Shown here in pieces: positions 28,878-39,825 of a stretch of 64,000 nt of DNA (positions within the stretch are counted from its first letter, which is position 1; each line of letters begins with the position of its first letter). The DNA lies in NCBI GenBank assembly GCA_965230295.1, contig OZ246001.1, forward strand, positions 2,112,001-2,176,000. The letters run 5' to 3'. Position numbers and translations under genes: made by a program. Source of the stretch: Marinicella sp. GTDB lineage: Bacteria > Pseudomonadota > Gammaproteobacteria > Xanthomonadales > Marinicellaceae. Below the pieces are notes generated by a model. That model did not search any database and was not told the DNA's origin. It saw nothing but the letters and a program-made list of their open reading frames with translations.

Positions 28878-29758
28878 GCCCTGACCAAATTTATTTCATC
28901 AGAACTGAGTTGGATCGATGTGCCAACATGCGTGAACAAAAACAGCGCATCAAGCAATTGAAAAAATTCAAAACTTGCCATTATGTCCCGGTTTACCGAG
29001 GTAACCACATATATCCCGACTCAGATGACGCTTTTTATATTTCAGAAGCACCGTTGGGTGCTGAAAAAATGCAAAGCTTTTTGGGGATCTTGAATGATGA
29101 GTTGTGGTTCAGTTGTGGCTTGACCGAAAAAGAGGCCCTTGCCCTTGAAACCCAGCTGGATTGTCAGTTTGAGTCGATCAGGCAGTATGCCATGGCCTTG
29201 GCCGATGATTTGGCTCACATCGCACTGTATTCCAGGGGGTTGGATTTGTGGCAACGCAAGAATAATTTTTGCCCCATTTGTGGCACCTCCAACCATTTAG
29301 AAAGCTCCGGGCATAAGATGGTCTGTGAAAATGGCCATGAGCATTTCCCTCACATTGAGCCTGCTGTGATTGTGCTGGTCTCCAAAGGTGATCAATGCCT
29401 GTTGGGGCGCAAGCATTCCTGGCCACCCAACGTGTATTCGACTTTGGCCGGTTTTGTGGAGGCTGGCGAATCGATTGAGGATGCGGTGCACCGTGAAATC
29501 TATGAAGAATCCAACGTCAGAATCAAAAACGTGACTTACTTTGGGTCACAACCCTGGCCATTCCCGTCTTCATTGATGCTGGCTTTCAACGCCGAGGCTG
29601 TTTCTGATGACATTCGCCTGGATGATGAGATGGAAGACGTGCGTTGGTTCAACAAACAAGACCTGCTGAAATGGGCCAAAGAAGGCTCAATCATCCTGTC
29701 ACCGAGGTTCACCGTCGCCAACAATCTGATCAGTAACTTCTTAGGCAAGAGGATATAA
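28874..29758 (+). CDS. nudC: NAD(+) diphosphatase / NAD-cap decapping NudC
   Basis: FCPICG zinc ribbon, Nudix box [28 protein letters not shown]; ATGA overlap with erpA. Confidence 0.93.
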   Translation: MSPDQIYFIRTELDRCANMREQKQRIKQLKKFKTCHYVPVYRGNHIYPDSDDAFYISEAPLGAEKMQSFLGILNDELWFSCGLTEKEALALETQLDCQFESIRQYAMALADDLAHIALYSRGLDLWQRKNNFCPICGTSNHLESSGHKMVCENGHEHFPHIEPAVIVLVSKGDQCLLGRKHSWPPNVYSTLAGFVEAGESIEDAVHREIYEESNVRIKNVTYFGSQPWPFPSSLMLAFNAEAVSDDIRLDDEMEDVRWFNKQDLLKWAKEGSIILSPRFTVANNLISNFLGKRI

Positions 29759-29797
29759 GTTTGTTTTTACAAGCTTTGATCAAGCCTGGAGATCCCG

Positions 29798-30613
29798 TTG
29801 CCTGAACTGCCAGAAGTCGAAACCACCCTGCGTGGTATCCAACCCCATGTGGTAGATCAAAAGATTGGCGCTGTCAATGTCTATAACCCTTCGCTCAGGT
29901 GGCCCATCCCAACTGAAGTCAATGAGCTGACTGGGCACACCATCCGTAATGCCTATCGCCGCGCAAAATATTTAATTCTTGAACTCTCAAACCAGCAACA
30001 TTTGCTGCTGCATTTAGGCATGTCAGGTGTTATCAGGGTGGTCCCGGCTGATACCGAGTTGGAAAAACATGATCACTTTGAAATGGTGATGGCTGACGGC
30101 CTGGCCATGCGATTGAATGATCCCAGAAGATTTGGTTGTGTGTTACTGACCGGTGAAGACCCAAGTCAACATAAATTATTGAATCAGTTAGGGCCCGAGC
30201 CTTTGACTGATGATTTCGATGGCCAGTGGTTGAAAAAAATATCAGCCAACAAGCAAATCGCTGTCAAAAATTTCATCATGAACAACCAGGTCGTGGTGGG
30301 TGTGGGCAATATATATGCCGCCGAATCGCTGTTTTTATCAGGCATCCACCCCAAACGGCCAGCCAAAAACATTTCCTTAGATCGCTATCAAAGATTGGCT
30401 AAGCACATCAAAAGCGTCCTCAAGAACGCCATCATGGCTGGCGGCACCACTTTGAATGATTTCAGAAACACCGAAGGCAAACCTGGTTATTTCAAGCAAG
30501 AGTTGTTTGTTTATGGTAGGGCGGGCCAGCCATGTATGCATTGTGGTACCACCATAAAAAACTTGGTTATTGGCCAAAGAGCCAGTTGTTTTTGCCCAAA
30601 GTGCCAAAAATAG
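29798..30613 (+). CDS. mutM: Formamidopyrimidine-DNA glycosylase
   Basis: MPELPEVET, HLGMSG, GVGNIYA.E.LF, C-terminal zinc finger. Confidence 0.98.
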   Translation: MPELPEVETTLRGIQPHVVDQKIGAVNVYNPSLRWPIPTEVNELTGHTIRNAYRRAKYLILELSNQQHLLLHLGMSGVIRVVPADTELEKHDHFEMVMADGLAMRLNDPRRFGCVLLTGEDPSQHKLLNQLGPEPLTDDFDGQWLKKISANKQIAVKNFIMNNQVVVGVGNIYAAESLFLSGIHPKRPAKNISLDRYQRLAKHIKSVLKNAIMAGGTTLNDFRNTEGKPGYFKQELFVYGRAGQPCMHCGTTIKNLVIGQRASCFCPKCQK

Positions 30614-30818
30614 TCATTTTTCTATGGATCAAATGATGGCTGAAAATTAAGAAGCCTTGTTTCACTGGGGTTAGACGGCCTTTCTTGAATTGCATCATGT
30701 AATTAGTTACTATCTTTAAGATGTACGGGTGTGTATTAAGTAGTTTTCCAAAGCCTACTTTCATTGTTGTCTCAGACATGAGTGGAACGGACTGGCGTGC
30801 GGCCAGTGTTGGGTTCGC

Positions 30819-33584
30819 ATGGAGTCGAGGTTGAAGGCCTTTGCCAAATGGGCAGCCATCAACCTGACAGTTGGTGTATTTTATGCGTTGTGTTGCTACT
30901 TGGCACACCGTTATATGGTTCGCCCTTCCTTGTCAGTCACCATTTGGCCATCTGCGGGGATTGGTGTCGGTCTAGTCATGGTTTTGGGCAAGCGAATCAT
31001 TCCTGCCATTGCCATTGGTGAATTGATCAACAGTGTGGTTTTGTATCGAGTCCATATTGATTTTGCCTGGGATCGCATGGCCGTATATGATGCATTGTTG
31101 TACCTGACCAATGTATCTAGACCCGTTTTTGCTGCCTATTTGGCTCGCTATGTGGTGGGTTCCCAACCACAACTCATTCAATTCAAAAACATCATTAAGT
31201 TTTTCACTTTTGCAGCGGTGCTGCCATGTTTGCTGACCACCACCTTATTTACCGTTTTGTTGACAGGAGCCGGGCATTATACGGCCGAAGATTTCTTAAC
31301 CAAAGGCTTATTGTGGTATATGGGTGACCTGATGAGTGTGATGATATATACCCCAGTGGTGATGTCCATACTGGCAGAGCCACGTAAGGTATGGCGGCCT
31401 CGCATTTTCAGCGTATCGCTGCCCATCATGGCTGCATTTTTATTGGTTTTTATATTGTTTAATTCCTTCAAGTCATATGAAGAAAGGCGGATCAATGAAA
31501 TCATCAACACCCACCTTGACTATCTAGTACAAACCACCCTACAGCAAGATTTTGATGTGCCTCAGTTGATTGGTTTTTTACAAGCCAATGCAGAAAGGTT
31601 GAAGTTGAATCGATATAAGACTGAGCTAGATAAAAGCACTGATTCGGGCTATGAATCGATTTATCGAAATACCGATGTGTTGACTTCAAGGTATCAGAAT
31701 CACATCATTTCAAGGGAGCTCGAGGTCAATAATCAGTTGCACAAACTCACCATCACTCCCACCAATGCCTATTTTGCTGAAGAATCTTCCTGGAGTTTGT
31801 GGCTCACTTTATTCATCGCCCTCAACTTCACCGGGTTTGTTGGTGTTGGGATGTTGGTGTTGACGGGTAGACATGTTTTGACAGCCAAAGAAGTCGACAG
31901 AAGAACCATCCAGCTAAAATTACTCAACCAACAATTGCATGAAAGTAATCAAAATTATAAGCGAATCATTGAAAAGCAGCCGGTAATATTTTGGAAAGTG
32001 AATTTGGGTTTGGATAAGGTCACCTATGTCAGTCAAGAAGCTGAAGCCATATTGGGTTACTCAGTAGATCAATGGTTAACGGAACCTCATTTTTTTTCTA
32101 AGAAGATCCATCCTGATGACCTTTCAAAGGTCAAAGACAACATGCATCTGGATGATCTGCATGAGAAACATGTAGAAATTGAATACCGCATCCGTCATGC
32201 CAGTGGCACCTATCGATGGTTCAGAGATGTGCTATACATTCCTGATGACTTTGCCGATTCCAATGAAGTGATGGGGATGTTAATAGACATCACAGACAAA
32301 AAGAATGACACTGAAAAGATCCAGCATTTGGCATTTCATGATTATTTAACACAGTTGCCCAATAGACAAAAGTTTCAGACAGCGCTCAATGACATGATTA
32401 ATCAGGCTTTGAATGAGCAAAAATTCGGTGCTGTGTTATTTCTGGACATGGACCGTTTCAAAGTTTTGAATGATGCATTGGGACATCATTTTGGTGACCA
32501 ACTCTTGTTAAAAATTGCTGAACGATTACGCCGGTATGCGGATGATTTTAAAGTGATCGCGCGGTTTGGGGGCGATGAGTTTGTGTTGGCGACTGATTGT
32601 GAGTATCCCAATGCCAATGACGCTGCTGTCCAGATCATCATGATGGCGGAACAAATCATCCAAAGTTTAGCTGAACCCTACAAAATCAATGACAACCAAC
32701 ACATCTGTACAGTCAGTATGGGCATCACCATTTACCCCAATGAATCGGCAACTGTGAATGACATCATTCGGCAAGCCGATGTGGCAATGTATCGATCCAA
32801 AGAGCAAGGCAGGAACAAAGTCACCATGTATCACCACAGCATGAAAAAAGAAAATGACAAAATGCTGTATGTTGAACAGGTACTCAGAAATGCGGTCAGT
32901 AATGACAGTTTTATACTGAAGTACCAGCCCATTGTTGACGCGAATAGAGAGGTGGTTTGTTTCGAATCCCTGATCAGGATTTTCAATAAACAACAAACAA
33001 TTTTTCCGGATGAATTCATACCCGTCGCTGAAGATACAGACCTGATCCAACCTGTTGGTAGGTGGGTCATTTCGCATGCCTGCCTGAAAATAATGGATTG
33101 TGACCACAGCGTTTCAGTCAATGTCAGCACCAAGCAATTTCACCAACAAGGCTTCATCATGTACATTGATCAAATCATGAAGCGATTTGCGGTCGGTGCA
33201 GGGAAGTTAACCATCGAGTTGACCGAAGGCGTGGTGGTAGGTAACCTGAACGAAATTCAGTACAAGTTCCAGCGTTTGAAGGACATGGGTGTGTTGATTG
33301 CCATTGATGATTTTGGCACAGGGTATTCTTCGTTGGAATATTTGCGGCAGCTGCCCATTGATTATTTAAAAATAGACAAGAGCTTTGTCTCTGATCTGAA
33401 CACCAACAACAGCTCGCAAGTGATCATTGAAACCATCATTTCTATGGCCAAGCACTTGGATTTAGAAACTGTTGCTGAAGGGGTTGAGACTGAAGAGCAG
33501 TTTTCTATCCTCAAATCCATCGGCTGTGACTATTTTCAGGGTTATTTATTTGGTAAGCCCGGGGACCTGATGGCCATTGAATAA
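30819..33584 (+). CDS. MASE1-PAS-GGDEF-EAL diguanylate cyclase/phosphodiesterase
   Basis: N-terminal multi-TM region, IHPDD/EYRI PAS, RFGGDEF, ESLIR, DDFGTGYSS, VAEGVET. Confidence 0.93.
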   Translation: MESRLKAFAKWAAINLTVGVFYALCCYLAHRYMVRPSLSVTIWPSAGIGVGLVMVLGKRIIPAIAIGELINSVVLYRVHIDFAWDRMAVYDALLYLTNVSRPVFAAYLARYVVGSQPQLIQFKNIIKFFTFAAVLPCLLTTTLFTVLLTGAGHYTAEDFLTKGLLWYMGDLMSVMIYTPVVMSILAEPRKVWRPRIFSVSLPIMAAFLLVFILFNSFKSYEERRINEIINTHLDYLVQTTLQQDFDVPQLIGFLQANAERLKLNRYKTELDKSTDSGYESIYRNTDVLTSRYQNHIISRELEVNNQLHKLTITPTNAYFAEESSWSLWLTLFIALNFTGFVGVGMLVLTGRHVLTAKEVDRRTIQLKLLNQQLHESNQNYKRIIEKQPVIFWKVNLGLDKVTYVSQEAEAILGYSVDQWLTEPHFFSKKIHPDDLSKVKDNMHLDDLHEKHVEIEYRIRHASGTYRWFRDVLYIPDDFADSNEVMGMLIDITDKKNDTEKIQHLAFHDYLTQLPNRQKFQTALNDMINQALNEQKFGAVLFLDMDRFKVLNDALGHHFGDQLLLKIAERLRRYADDFKVIARFGGDEFVLATDCEYPNANDAAVQIIMMAEQIIQSLAEPYKINDNQHICTVSMGITIYPNESATVNDIIRQADVAMYRSKEQGRNKVTMYHHSMKKENDKMLYVEQVLRNAVSNDSFILKYQPIVDANREVVCFESLIRIFNKQQTIFPDEFIPVAEDTDLIQPVGRWVISHACLKIMDCDHSVSVNVSTKQFHQQGFIMYIDQIMKRFAVGAGKLTIELTEGVVVGNLNEIQYKFQRLKDMGVLIAIDDFGTGYSSLEYLRQLPIDYLKIDKSFVSDLNTNNSSQVIIETIISMAKHLDLETVAEGVETEEQFSILKSIGCDYFQGYLFGKPGDLMAIE

Positions 33585-33657
33585 GTACAGAGGCTTGTAA
33601 TTAAGACCGGATCTTGCTTAAGATGTGCGACTTTTCTATTCCATTAATCTAAGAACT

Positions 33658-35637
33658 GTGCTCAATCACCCACAACAACAAGCAGTCAAGGAAACCGATC
33701 ATCCCTTATTGGTTCTGGCCGGTGCGGGTTGTGGAAAAACCAGGGTGATCACTGAAAAGATGGCTCACTTGGTTAACCAGGGGTTTTGTCGCCCAGAGGG
33801 TGTCTACGCCATAACCTTCACCAACAAAGCAGCCAAAGAAATGAAAAGCCGTGCCATGCAAATGGTAAAGGGTGGGGAATCATTGAACATTTCTACGTTT
33901 CATGCATTGGGTTTGCGGCTTTTACAGCAAGAAATCAAACACACCCAATTCCAACGGGGTTTCAGTATTTTAGATACCACTGAATGCCAGAAAGTCATTC
34001 AAGGCTTATTGCCCAAAGGCATAAAAAAAGATGTTTGTAACCAGCTACAGTGGCAAATGTCTGGATGGAAAAATGCAGCATTAAAACCCCATGAAGTGAG
34101 CTCAAAGGTACCCATGGCTGTGGATATTTATCAACAGTATCTGGACTACATGATCAGCATCAATGCCATGGATTTTGATGATTTGATCTTGCAGCCACTG
34201 TGGTTGCTCACCACCAATCCGGAAGTACAGCAACGCTGGCTACAGCAAATCAAATACCTGATGGTTGATGAATACCAGGATACCAATGGCAGCCAATATG
34301 AACTGTTGAAACTGTTGGTGGGCCAAGGTAAACACCTGACTTGCGTCGGAGACGATGATCAATCCATATATGGTTGGCGTGGCGCACAAGCTGAAAATTT
34401 ACAGTTGTTACAACGGGATTTTCCTGCTTTGAAAGTCATTAAGTTGGAACAAAATTACCGGTCTAACAGCACCATCTTAGATGCAGCCAATGCAGTGATT
34501 CAACACAACCCTCATCCTTTTGAGAAAAAAATCTGGAGTGATCTGGGCCAAGGCGACCCGATTCAAATCTTACCTTACCCCAATGCTGAAACTGAAGCAC
34601 AACAGGTGGTGGCTGACATCAATTTTCACAAACAAGTCAACCACAAGAACTTTGCTGATTTTGCCATCCTTTACCGTTCCAATCACCAGGCTAAATTGAT
34701 AGAACAAGAGCTGCGAATCAGTAATTTGCCTTACCAAATGTCTGGTGGCAGGTCGTTTTTTGATTACAGTGAAATCAAAGATCTAATGGCCTACATCCGT
34801 TTATTGGTCAACCCCAAAGACAATGCCGCTTTCTTGCGGGTGATCAATACACCGAAACGTGGTATTGGGATGCAAACGGTTCAGCAAATTTCTGCGGTTG
34901 CTAAGCGCACAGGTAAAAGCATGTTCATCACTTGCTGTCAGTCAAATCTGCTTGGTGAATTGTCAGACATGGCACAGTCCCGCATCAAGACATTCGTTAA
35001 CTTAATTCAAAAGCACCAAAATATGAACTCGTCAGCGGAGCAGGTGGTCTCTTCGTTGATCAGACAAATTGATTACCTGGATTACGTCAATTTGTCATCC
35101 AACAACAGGCTGGCAAAAATCAACAAAACCAAACTCGTTAAAGATTTCATGAAATGGATCGATGCGTTGGGCAGTAAACAGCATTTGCCCTTGGACGAAC
35201 TGTTGAATTATCTGTCCTTACAAACCACCCAGGAAGAAGACGCCAGTGAAGATGCCATTCGAATGATGACTTTACATGCGGCCAAAGGATTGGAGTTTGA
35301 ACATGTGTATCTGATTGGTGTTGAAGAAGGGATTCTACCACATGCCAACTCTTTGGCCGATGCTGAAGTGGAAAACAGTGCAGTAGAAGAAGAACGTCGA
35401 TTGATGTACGTTGGAATGACCCGTGCCATGCAACAATTGAAGATTTCTTATGTTAAAAAGCGCAAAAAACGGTTTCCAGAAGAGACAGGCCCTACCGCCG
35501 CTGGACCCAGTCGGTTTTTGGATGAAATCCCCCATTCATTGACCAGTGGCCACCCGGGTCAAAAACGCACAGAGGCCGAACAAGCTGCCAACAACAAGAA
35601 AAACTTTGCGGCCATCAAAGCCCTGCTGGGTGATTGA
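33658..35637 (+). CDS. rep: Rep/UvrD family DNA helicase
   Basis: LAGAGCGKT, TFTNKAA, VDEYQDTN, VGDDDQSIYGWRGA, LEQNYRS, HAAKGLEF; start probably GTG 33658. Confidence 0.85.
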   Translation: MLNHPQQQAVKETDHPLLVLAGAGCGKTRVITEKMAHLVNQGFCRPEGVYAITFTNKAAKEMKSRAMQMVKGGESLNISTFHALGLRLLQQEIKHTQFQRGFSILDTTECQKVIQGLLPKGIKKDVCNQLQWQMSGWKNAALKPHEVSSKVPMAVDIYQQYLDYMISINAMDFDDLILQPLWLLTTNPEVQQRWLQQIKYLMVDEYQDTNGSQYELLKLLVGQGKHLTCVGDDDQSIYGWRGAQAENLQLLQRDFPALKVIKLEQNYRSNSTILDAANAVIQHNPHPFEKKIWSDLGQGDPIQILPYPNAETEAQQVVADINFHKQVNHKNFADFAILYRSNHQAKLIEQELRISNLPYQMSGGRSFFDYSEIKDLMAYIRLLVNPKDNAAFLRVINTPKRGIGMQTVQQISAVAKRTGKSMFITCCQSNLLGELSDMAQSRIKTFVNLIQKHQNMNSSAEQVVSSLIRQIDYLDYVNLSSNNRLAKINKTKLVKDFMKWIDALGSKQHLPLDELLNYLSLQTTQEEDASEDAIRMMTLHAAKGLEFEHVYLIGVEEGILPHANSLADAEVENSAVEEERRLMYVGMTRAMQQLKISYVKKRKKRFPEETGPTAAGPSRFLDEIPHSLTSGHPGQKRTEAEQAANNKKNFAAIKALLGD

Positions 35638-35639
35638 GT

Positions 35640-36314
35640 TCAGTTCAATGGGTGGCTGTCAAACAAGTCTTCCCATTGGGCGAATAAAAATTGTGGTTTA
35701 CTGATCAAGTTGATTTTTAAATCACCTTTGCGACTGGCCAAACATTGGTGGCCTGATTCGCCCCCTACATTTTCTTGAGTCAAGTTGATACATGGGTCAT
35801 TGTTGGCCATTTGTTCTAAAGTTTCGGTAAATTCAACAGGAGCAATGATGTTGGCTACCTGATTACGCAAAGTACTTGAGCACCCTGACTCGCTCTTTTC
35901 ACAGGCAGCAAAGTTGATGTTACTCGGAGCCACCATCAGGGTTTCTCGCTGTAATAACCTCACTTCTTTAGCCGTTTCTTGTCGATAAATGGGGTGTGCA
36001 TACGCCCACAATAACATGGGTTTTAATATGCGTTGCTGGGCTGCATTGTACTGGTGAAAGTTCTTGATCAGCTGTTGGCTGTGACTGAGCAGTTGATAAG
36101 GCTCATCGCTGACAGCTAACAAGTACAAGTCTATGATCTGTTGATTTTGTTGGTTGAGTTTAAGCCGAGAATTTGCGGCCACTATTTTATTGTGATCCTG
36201 GGCCACCAAGGCCGCAATGAGCAATCCATTTTGACTGTTTTTTCGTTGATTGCCTGGGCTACCGCATGCGGCCAATAATGCAGTGAAAATAAGGAATAAG
36301 CCAAATTTATACAT
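35640..36314 (-). CDS. Hypothetical lipoprotein
   Basis: Lipobox LAAC, 224 aa. Confidence 0.75.
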   Translation of the reverse strand: MYKFGLFLIFTALLAACGSPGNQRKNSQNGLLIAALVAQDHNKIVAANSRLKLNQQNQQIIDLYLLAVSDEPYQLLSHSQQLIKNFHQYNAAQQRILKPMLLWAYAHPIYRQETAKEVRLLQRETLMVAPSNINFAACEKSESGCSSTLRNQVANIIAPVEFTETLEQMANNDPCINLTQENVGGESGHQCLASRKGDLKINLISKPQFLFAQWEDLFDSHPLN

Positions 36315-36394
36315 AAAAACTCTCTATAATACTGAACAAGTAGAATCGTCAGATTAAAGCTTAAGCCATAAACGCGTGTTATTTTTTTGAATTT

Positions 36395-36423
36395 TGTAAC
36401 AAAATTGGAATTAATACGTCCTA
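36395..36423 (+). promoter_or_regulatory. Candidate ECF-sigma autoregulated promoter
   Basis: TGTAAC-N16-CGTCCTA, the AAC/CGT pattern typical of ECF promoters, directly upstream of the ECF gene. Confidence 0.7.
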
Positions 36424-36451
36424 ATGGTTGAAAAGTAAACATTTAAAATGC

Positions 36452-36943
36452 ATGAATATTTGGTATCGCCTACAAGTTAGTAAGAACCAGCATGGACTGT
36501 ATGCCTTGGCATACCAAATGTTAGGCAACCAATTAGAGGCTGAAGATGTGGTGCAAGACACCTTCATTAAATTGTGGCAACGCAAAGAAAAAGGTGGCGA
36601 TTATGAAAAGGCTTGGTTGTATAAAGTAACCAGGAACCACTGCTTAGATATCCTGCGCAGGCGTAAACATGTGTATGAGTATCAGGTTGCACAAGCCGTA
36701 GGCAGCGATGTGGCACCTTCAGCCAGTGATGCTGTTTTGAATGAAGAACTTTCTGGCGAAATAGGTAAAGCCATCAGCCAACTGGAAGAACCTTACCAAT
36801 CACTGCTGGTGATGCGTGAGGTCAATGGATTAAGTTACCAGGTGTTGGCAGACGCGTTGGAATTGAGTTTATCGCAAACCAAGGTTTACCTACACAGGGC
36901 CAGAAAACAATTGAAAGAAAGTTTGGAAAAAACATATGCGTAA
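36452..36943 (+). CDS. ECF RNA polymerase sigma-70 factor
   Basis: AEDVVQDTF..LW, WLY.V.RN.CLD, GLSY..A..L....KV.LHRAR. Confidence 0.93.
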   Translation: MNIWYRLQVSKNQHGLYALAYQMLGNQLEAEDVVQDTFIKLWQRKEKGGDYEKAWLYKVTRNHCLDILRRRKHVYEYQVAQAVGSDVAPSASDAVLNEELSGEIGKAISQLEEPYQSLLVMREVNGLSYQVLADALELSLSQTKVYLHRARKQLKESLEKTYA

Positions 36944-37316
36944 GCAAAGAATTGAACAACAGGTGTCAGCAGAACTGACCAGCTATTTTGAACAAGCTCG
37001 CAAGGCCAAGTGTCCACCGAGTATGAAACAAAAACTGTATGAAAAAATTGGCATCCAACAGAAGAATGCCTGGTTTAAACCAGCCATGGCATTTTCTATG
37101 GTGGCTGTATTGTCTTTGGGTTTGGTTTGGCAAAATCACCAACAGACTCAAAGCGAACAGTTGGCCGCTGCTGAAAGAGACATGCAGATTGCGATGCACT
37201 ACATGCAAAAAATAAGTGCCAAGACCTTGCAAGACACCAATACCCATGGCATTAAACCAGCCATTATCGTACCCGTTTCCAAGTCAATGTCACAAATGGC
37301 CATGGCACAGATTTAG
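36936..37316 (+). CDS. Putative anti-sigma factor (single TM)
   Basis: Overlaps ECF gene, one TM segment. Confidence 0.65.
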   Translation: MRKQRIEQQVSAELTSYFEQARKAKCPPSMKQKLYEKIGIQQKNAWFKPAMAFSMVAVLSLGLVWQNHQQTQSEQLAAAERDMQIAMHYMQKISAKTLQDTNTHGIKPAIIVPVSKSMSQMAMAQI

Positions 37317-37328
37317 TGGAGTGAAAAA

Positions 37329-37844
37329 ATGAAAAAAACCATACTATTTACCAGTCTATTATTGCTGTCTTTTCAGCTCAGGGCCCAAGACGTGATGAAT
37401 CAGTTACAATCGATGATTGGGGTTGAACCCTCAGTTGAGATCAATCTGGGCTCTGCCATGCTGGGCTTGCTCAGTGGCATGACCAGTGAAGAAAAGCAGG
37501 TTTCTGAAATCATGAAAAACTTGACTGAAATTTCTGTCCGGGTCTATGACCTGGACGATGGGGACTTCAAAGGAGACCTCAAACAAGTCAAATCTTTCAT
37601 CAACAGTACAGCGGGCGAAATGAAATCGCTGGGGATGCAACAATTGGCAGCCATCCGAGAGGATGATTCCACTGTTTACATCATGGCTGAAATGGGCGAT
37701 GACAACATGAAAGGCCTGTCAGTGATGGCTTTGGATGACGATTCAGAGCTGGTGGTGATAAAAATAGGTGGTCAAATCATGCTCAAAGATTTGGCGGGTT
37801 TGATGAATCGGTTTGATGTTGACCTCAGTGACATTGATATGTGA
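37329..37844 (+). CDS. DUF4252 family secreted protein
   Basis: Signal peptide; V.INL...ML and ELVV..I.G.I...DL motifs. Confidence 0.8.
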   Translation: MKKTILFTSLLLLSFQLRAQDVMNQLQSMIGVEPSVEINLGSAMLGLLSGMTSEEKQVSEIMKNLTEISVRVYDLDDGDFKGDLKQVKSFINSTAGEMKSLGMQQLAAIREDDSTVYIMAEMGDDNMKGLSVMALDDDSELVVIKIGGQIMLKDLAGLMNRFDVDLSDIDM

Positions 37845-37877
37845 ATGAAATTGATATAAAAAAAGTGCAAAGCAGGC

Positions 37878-37914
37878 TTTACATTCACTATACATGGCAT
37901 TAAAATACGCCGTC
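37878..37914 (+). promoter_or_regulatory. Sigma-70 promoter with GC-rich discriminator
   Basis: TTTACA-17 bp-TAAAAT-ACGCCGTC upstream of the L31 gene. Confidence 0.7.
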
Positions 37915-37943
37915 TTGTTTGATACAGAACATTGGAAACAGTT

Positions 37944-38189
37944 ATGAAAAAAGATATTCATCCAGAATACAGAGAAGTGGTATTTCAAGACGCCGGTGCT
38001 GATTTTGCATTTTTGACGCGTTCTTGCATACATTCTAAAGATACCATTAAATGGGAAGATGGTAATGAGTATCCGTTAGTTAAGATCGAGATTTCATCTA
38101 AATCACACCCTTACTACACTGGCCAACAAAAAGTGGCTGATTCGGGTGGACGTGTGGATCGATTCAAGCGCAGATACCAAAGAAAATAA
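37944..38189 (+). CDS. rpmE2: 50S ribosomal protein L31 type B (zinc-independent)
   Basis: [36 protein letters not shown]; no CxxC pairs. Confidence 0.95.
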   Translation: MKKDIHPEYREVVFQDAGADFAFLTRSCIHSKDTIKWEDGNEYPLVKIEISSKSHPYYTGQQKVADSGGRVDRFKRRYQRK

Positions 38190-38226
38190 GCCTGATTCAG
38201 ACAGGCACCCCGAAGAAACAAAAATT

Positions 38227-38251
38227 AAACCCGATACATTCGGGTTTTTTT
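38227..38251 (+). terminator. Rho-independent terminator
   Basis: AAACCCGA-TACAT-TCGGG followed by T7. Confidence 0.85.
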
Positions 38252-38423
38252 GTGCCCGCATGGATACCAGCTTGGCAAACACCGAGACCAGGTCATCAGC
38301 TAAACTGCTTTAATATATATGCACTAAAGTGTAAAATGAACGATTGTTTGAATAACAAAAACGCACAGCTGGAATCAAGCCGTGACTGAGAATAATAAAA
38401 GACCCTAAATTGGAGAGTTTTAG

Positions 38424-39713
38424 ATGAGTGAAGATGTCGTAAAAGTCATTACCCCGGACGGACAAACAGCTGAATTACCAGTGATTCGAGCTGAGATGGG
38501 CCCACCCACATTTGATATCAAAACCTTACATAAGCAAACAGGCTATTTCACATATGATTCAGGTTTCGCAGCCACGGGTGCTTGCAAAAGTGACATCACA
38601 TTCATTGATGGTGGCAAAGGCATCTTGTTATACCGTGGCTATCCCATTGAACAATTGGCCGAAAGCAGTAACTTCATGGAAGTGACTTATTTGTTGATGA
38701 ATGGTGAATTGCCCAATGCACAACAATACGATGACTTCAATCAACTGATCACTCGCCACACCATGGTCCATGAAAAAATCAGGTCATTCATGAAAGGCTT
38801 TCAATACGACGCGCATCCTATGGCAATGATGATGAGTGTGATTGGTTCATTCTCAGCCTTTTACCATGATGGGGTGAATGTCAACAACCCAGAAGACCGA
38901 AAAATGGCAGCGATCAGATTGATCGCTAAGATGCCGACAGTGGCTGCAGCGGTGTATAAAAATTACGTTGGACAACCATTTATGTACCCACAAAACAAAT
39001 TGGGGTTCACAGAGCGTTTGTTGCACATGATGTATGGTGTTCCAGCTGAACCTTATGAAATCAATCCGGTGGCTGCTAAGGCATTGGATTTGTTGTTTAT
39101 CTTGCATGCCGATCACGAACAAAATGCCAGTACATCGACAGTGCGTTTGGTGGGATCTACTGGAGCCAACCCTTTTGCCTGTATTTCAGCAGGCATTGCC
39201 TCTCTGTGGGGACCGGCACATGGTGGTGCCAATGAAGCGGTGTTGAATATGTTGGATGAGATTGGTGATGTCAGCCAAATTGATAAATATGTGGCCAAAG
39301 CCAAAGACAAGAATGACCCGTTCAGGTTGATGGGCTTCGGTCATCGTGTTTATAAAAACTTTGACCCCAGGGCCACCATCATTCGCAAAGCATGTCACGA
39401 AGTGCTTGAAGATTTAGGTATACAGGATCCACAACTGGAATTAGCCATGAAACTGGAAGAAATTGCTTTGAAGGATGAGTATTTTGTGGCCAGAAAACTG
39501 TATCCAAACGTTGATTTCTACTCAGGCATTATCTACAAAGCATTAGGCATTCCGGTGCAAATGTTCACAGTGATGTTTGCCATTGCCAGGACTGTTGGTT
39601 GGACTTCTCAGTGGTTGGAACAATATGAGACACCTGATACACGCATCGGTAGACCAAGACAAGTGTATGGTGGTGCTCAAACCAGAGATTATGTGAGTAT
39701 CAACAATCGATAA
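38424..39713 (+). CDS. gltA: Citrate synthase (type II)
   Basis: [41 protein letters not shown]. Confidence 0.99.
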   Translation: MSEDVVKVITPDGQTAELPVIRAEMGPPTFDIKTLHKQTGYFTYDSGFAATGACKSDITFIDGGKGILLYRGYPIEQLAESSNFMEVTYLLMNGELPNAQQYDDFNQLITRHTMVHEKIRSFMKGFQYDAHPMAMMMSVIGSFSAFYHDGVNVNNPEDRKMAAIRLIAKMPTVAAAVYKNYVGQPFMYPQNKLGFTERLLHMMYGVPAEPYEINPVAAKALDLLFILHADHEQNASTSTVRLVGSTGANPFACISAGIASLWGPAHGGANEAVLNMLDEIGDVSQIDKYVAKAKDKNDPFRLMGFGHRVYKNFDPRATIIRKACHEVLEDLGIQDPQLELAMKLEEIALKDEYFVARKLYPNVDFYSGIIYKALGIPVQMFTVMFAIARTVGWTSQWLEQYETPDTRIGRPRQVYGGAQTRDYVSINNR

Positions 39714-39825
39714 TTCCAATTTCGACGAAAAGCTACAGCGGCATTTACTCCGGCTTGGGGTCGACTTAATTGCGATCAATAAGCAGCTGCCCAAAAACCT
39801 GACCCTGTCATTACAAGATGGGGTT

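Noticed and set aside
33658-35637. Defence-associated helicase or inactive Walker A (GCGKT)
   Set aside because: All Rep/UvrD motifs are intact, the GKT core is preserved and no defence genes are adjacent.
37860-37944. Zur box controlling the zinc-free L31
   Set aside because: No convincing palindrome; the promoter looks like an ordinary ribosomal-protein promoter.
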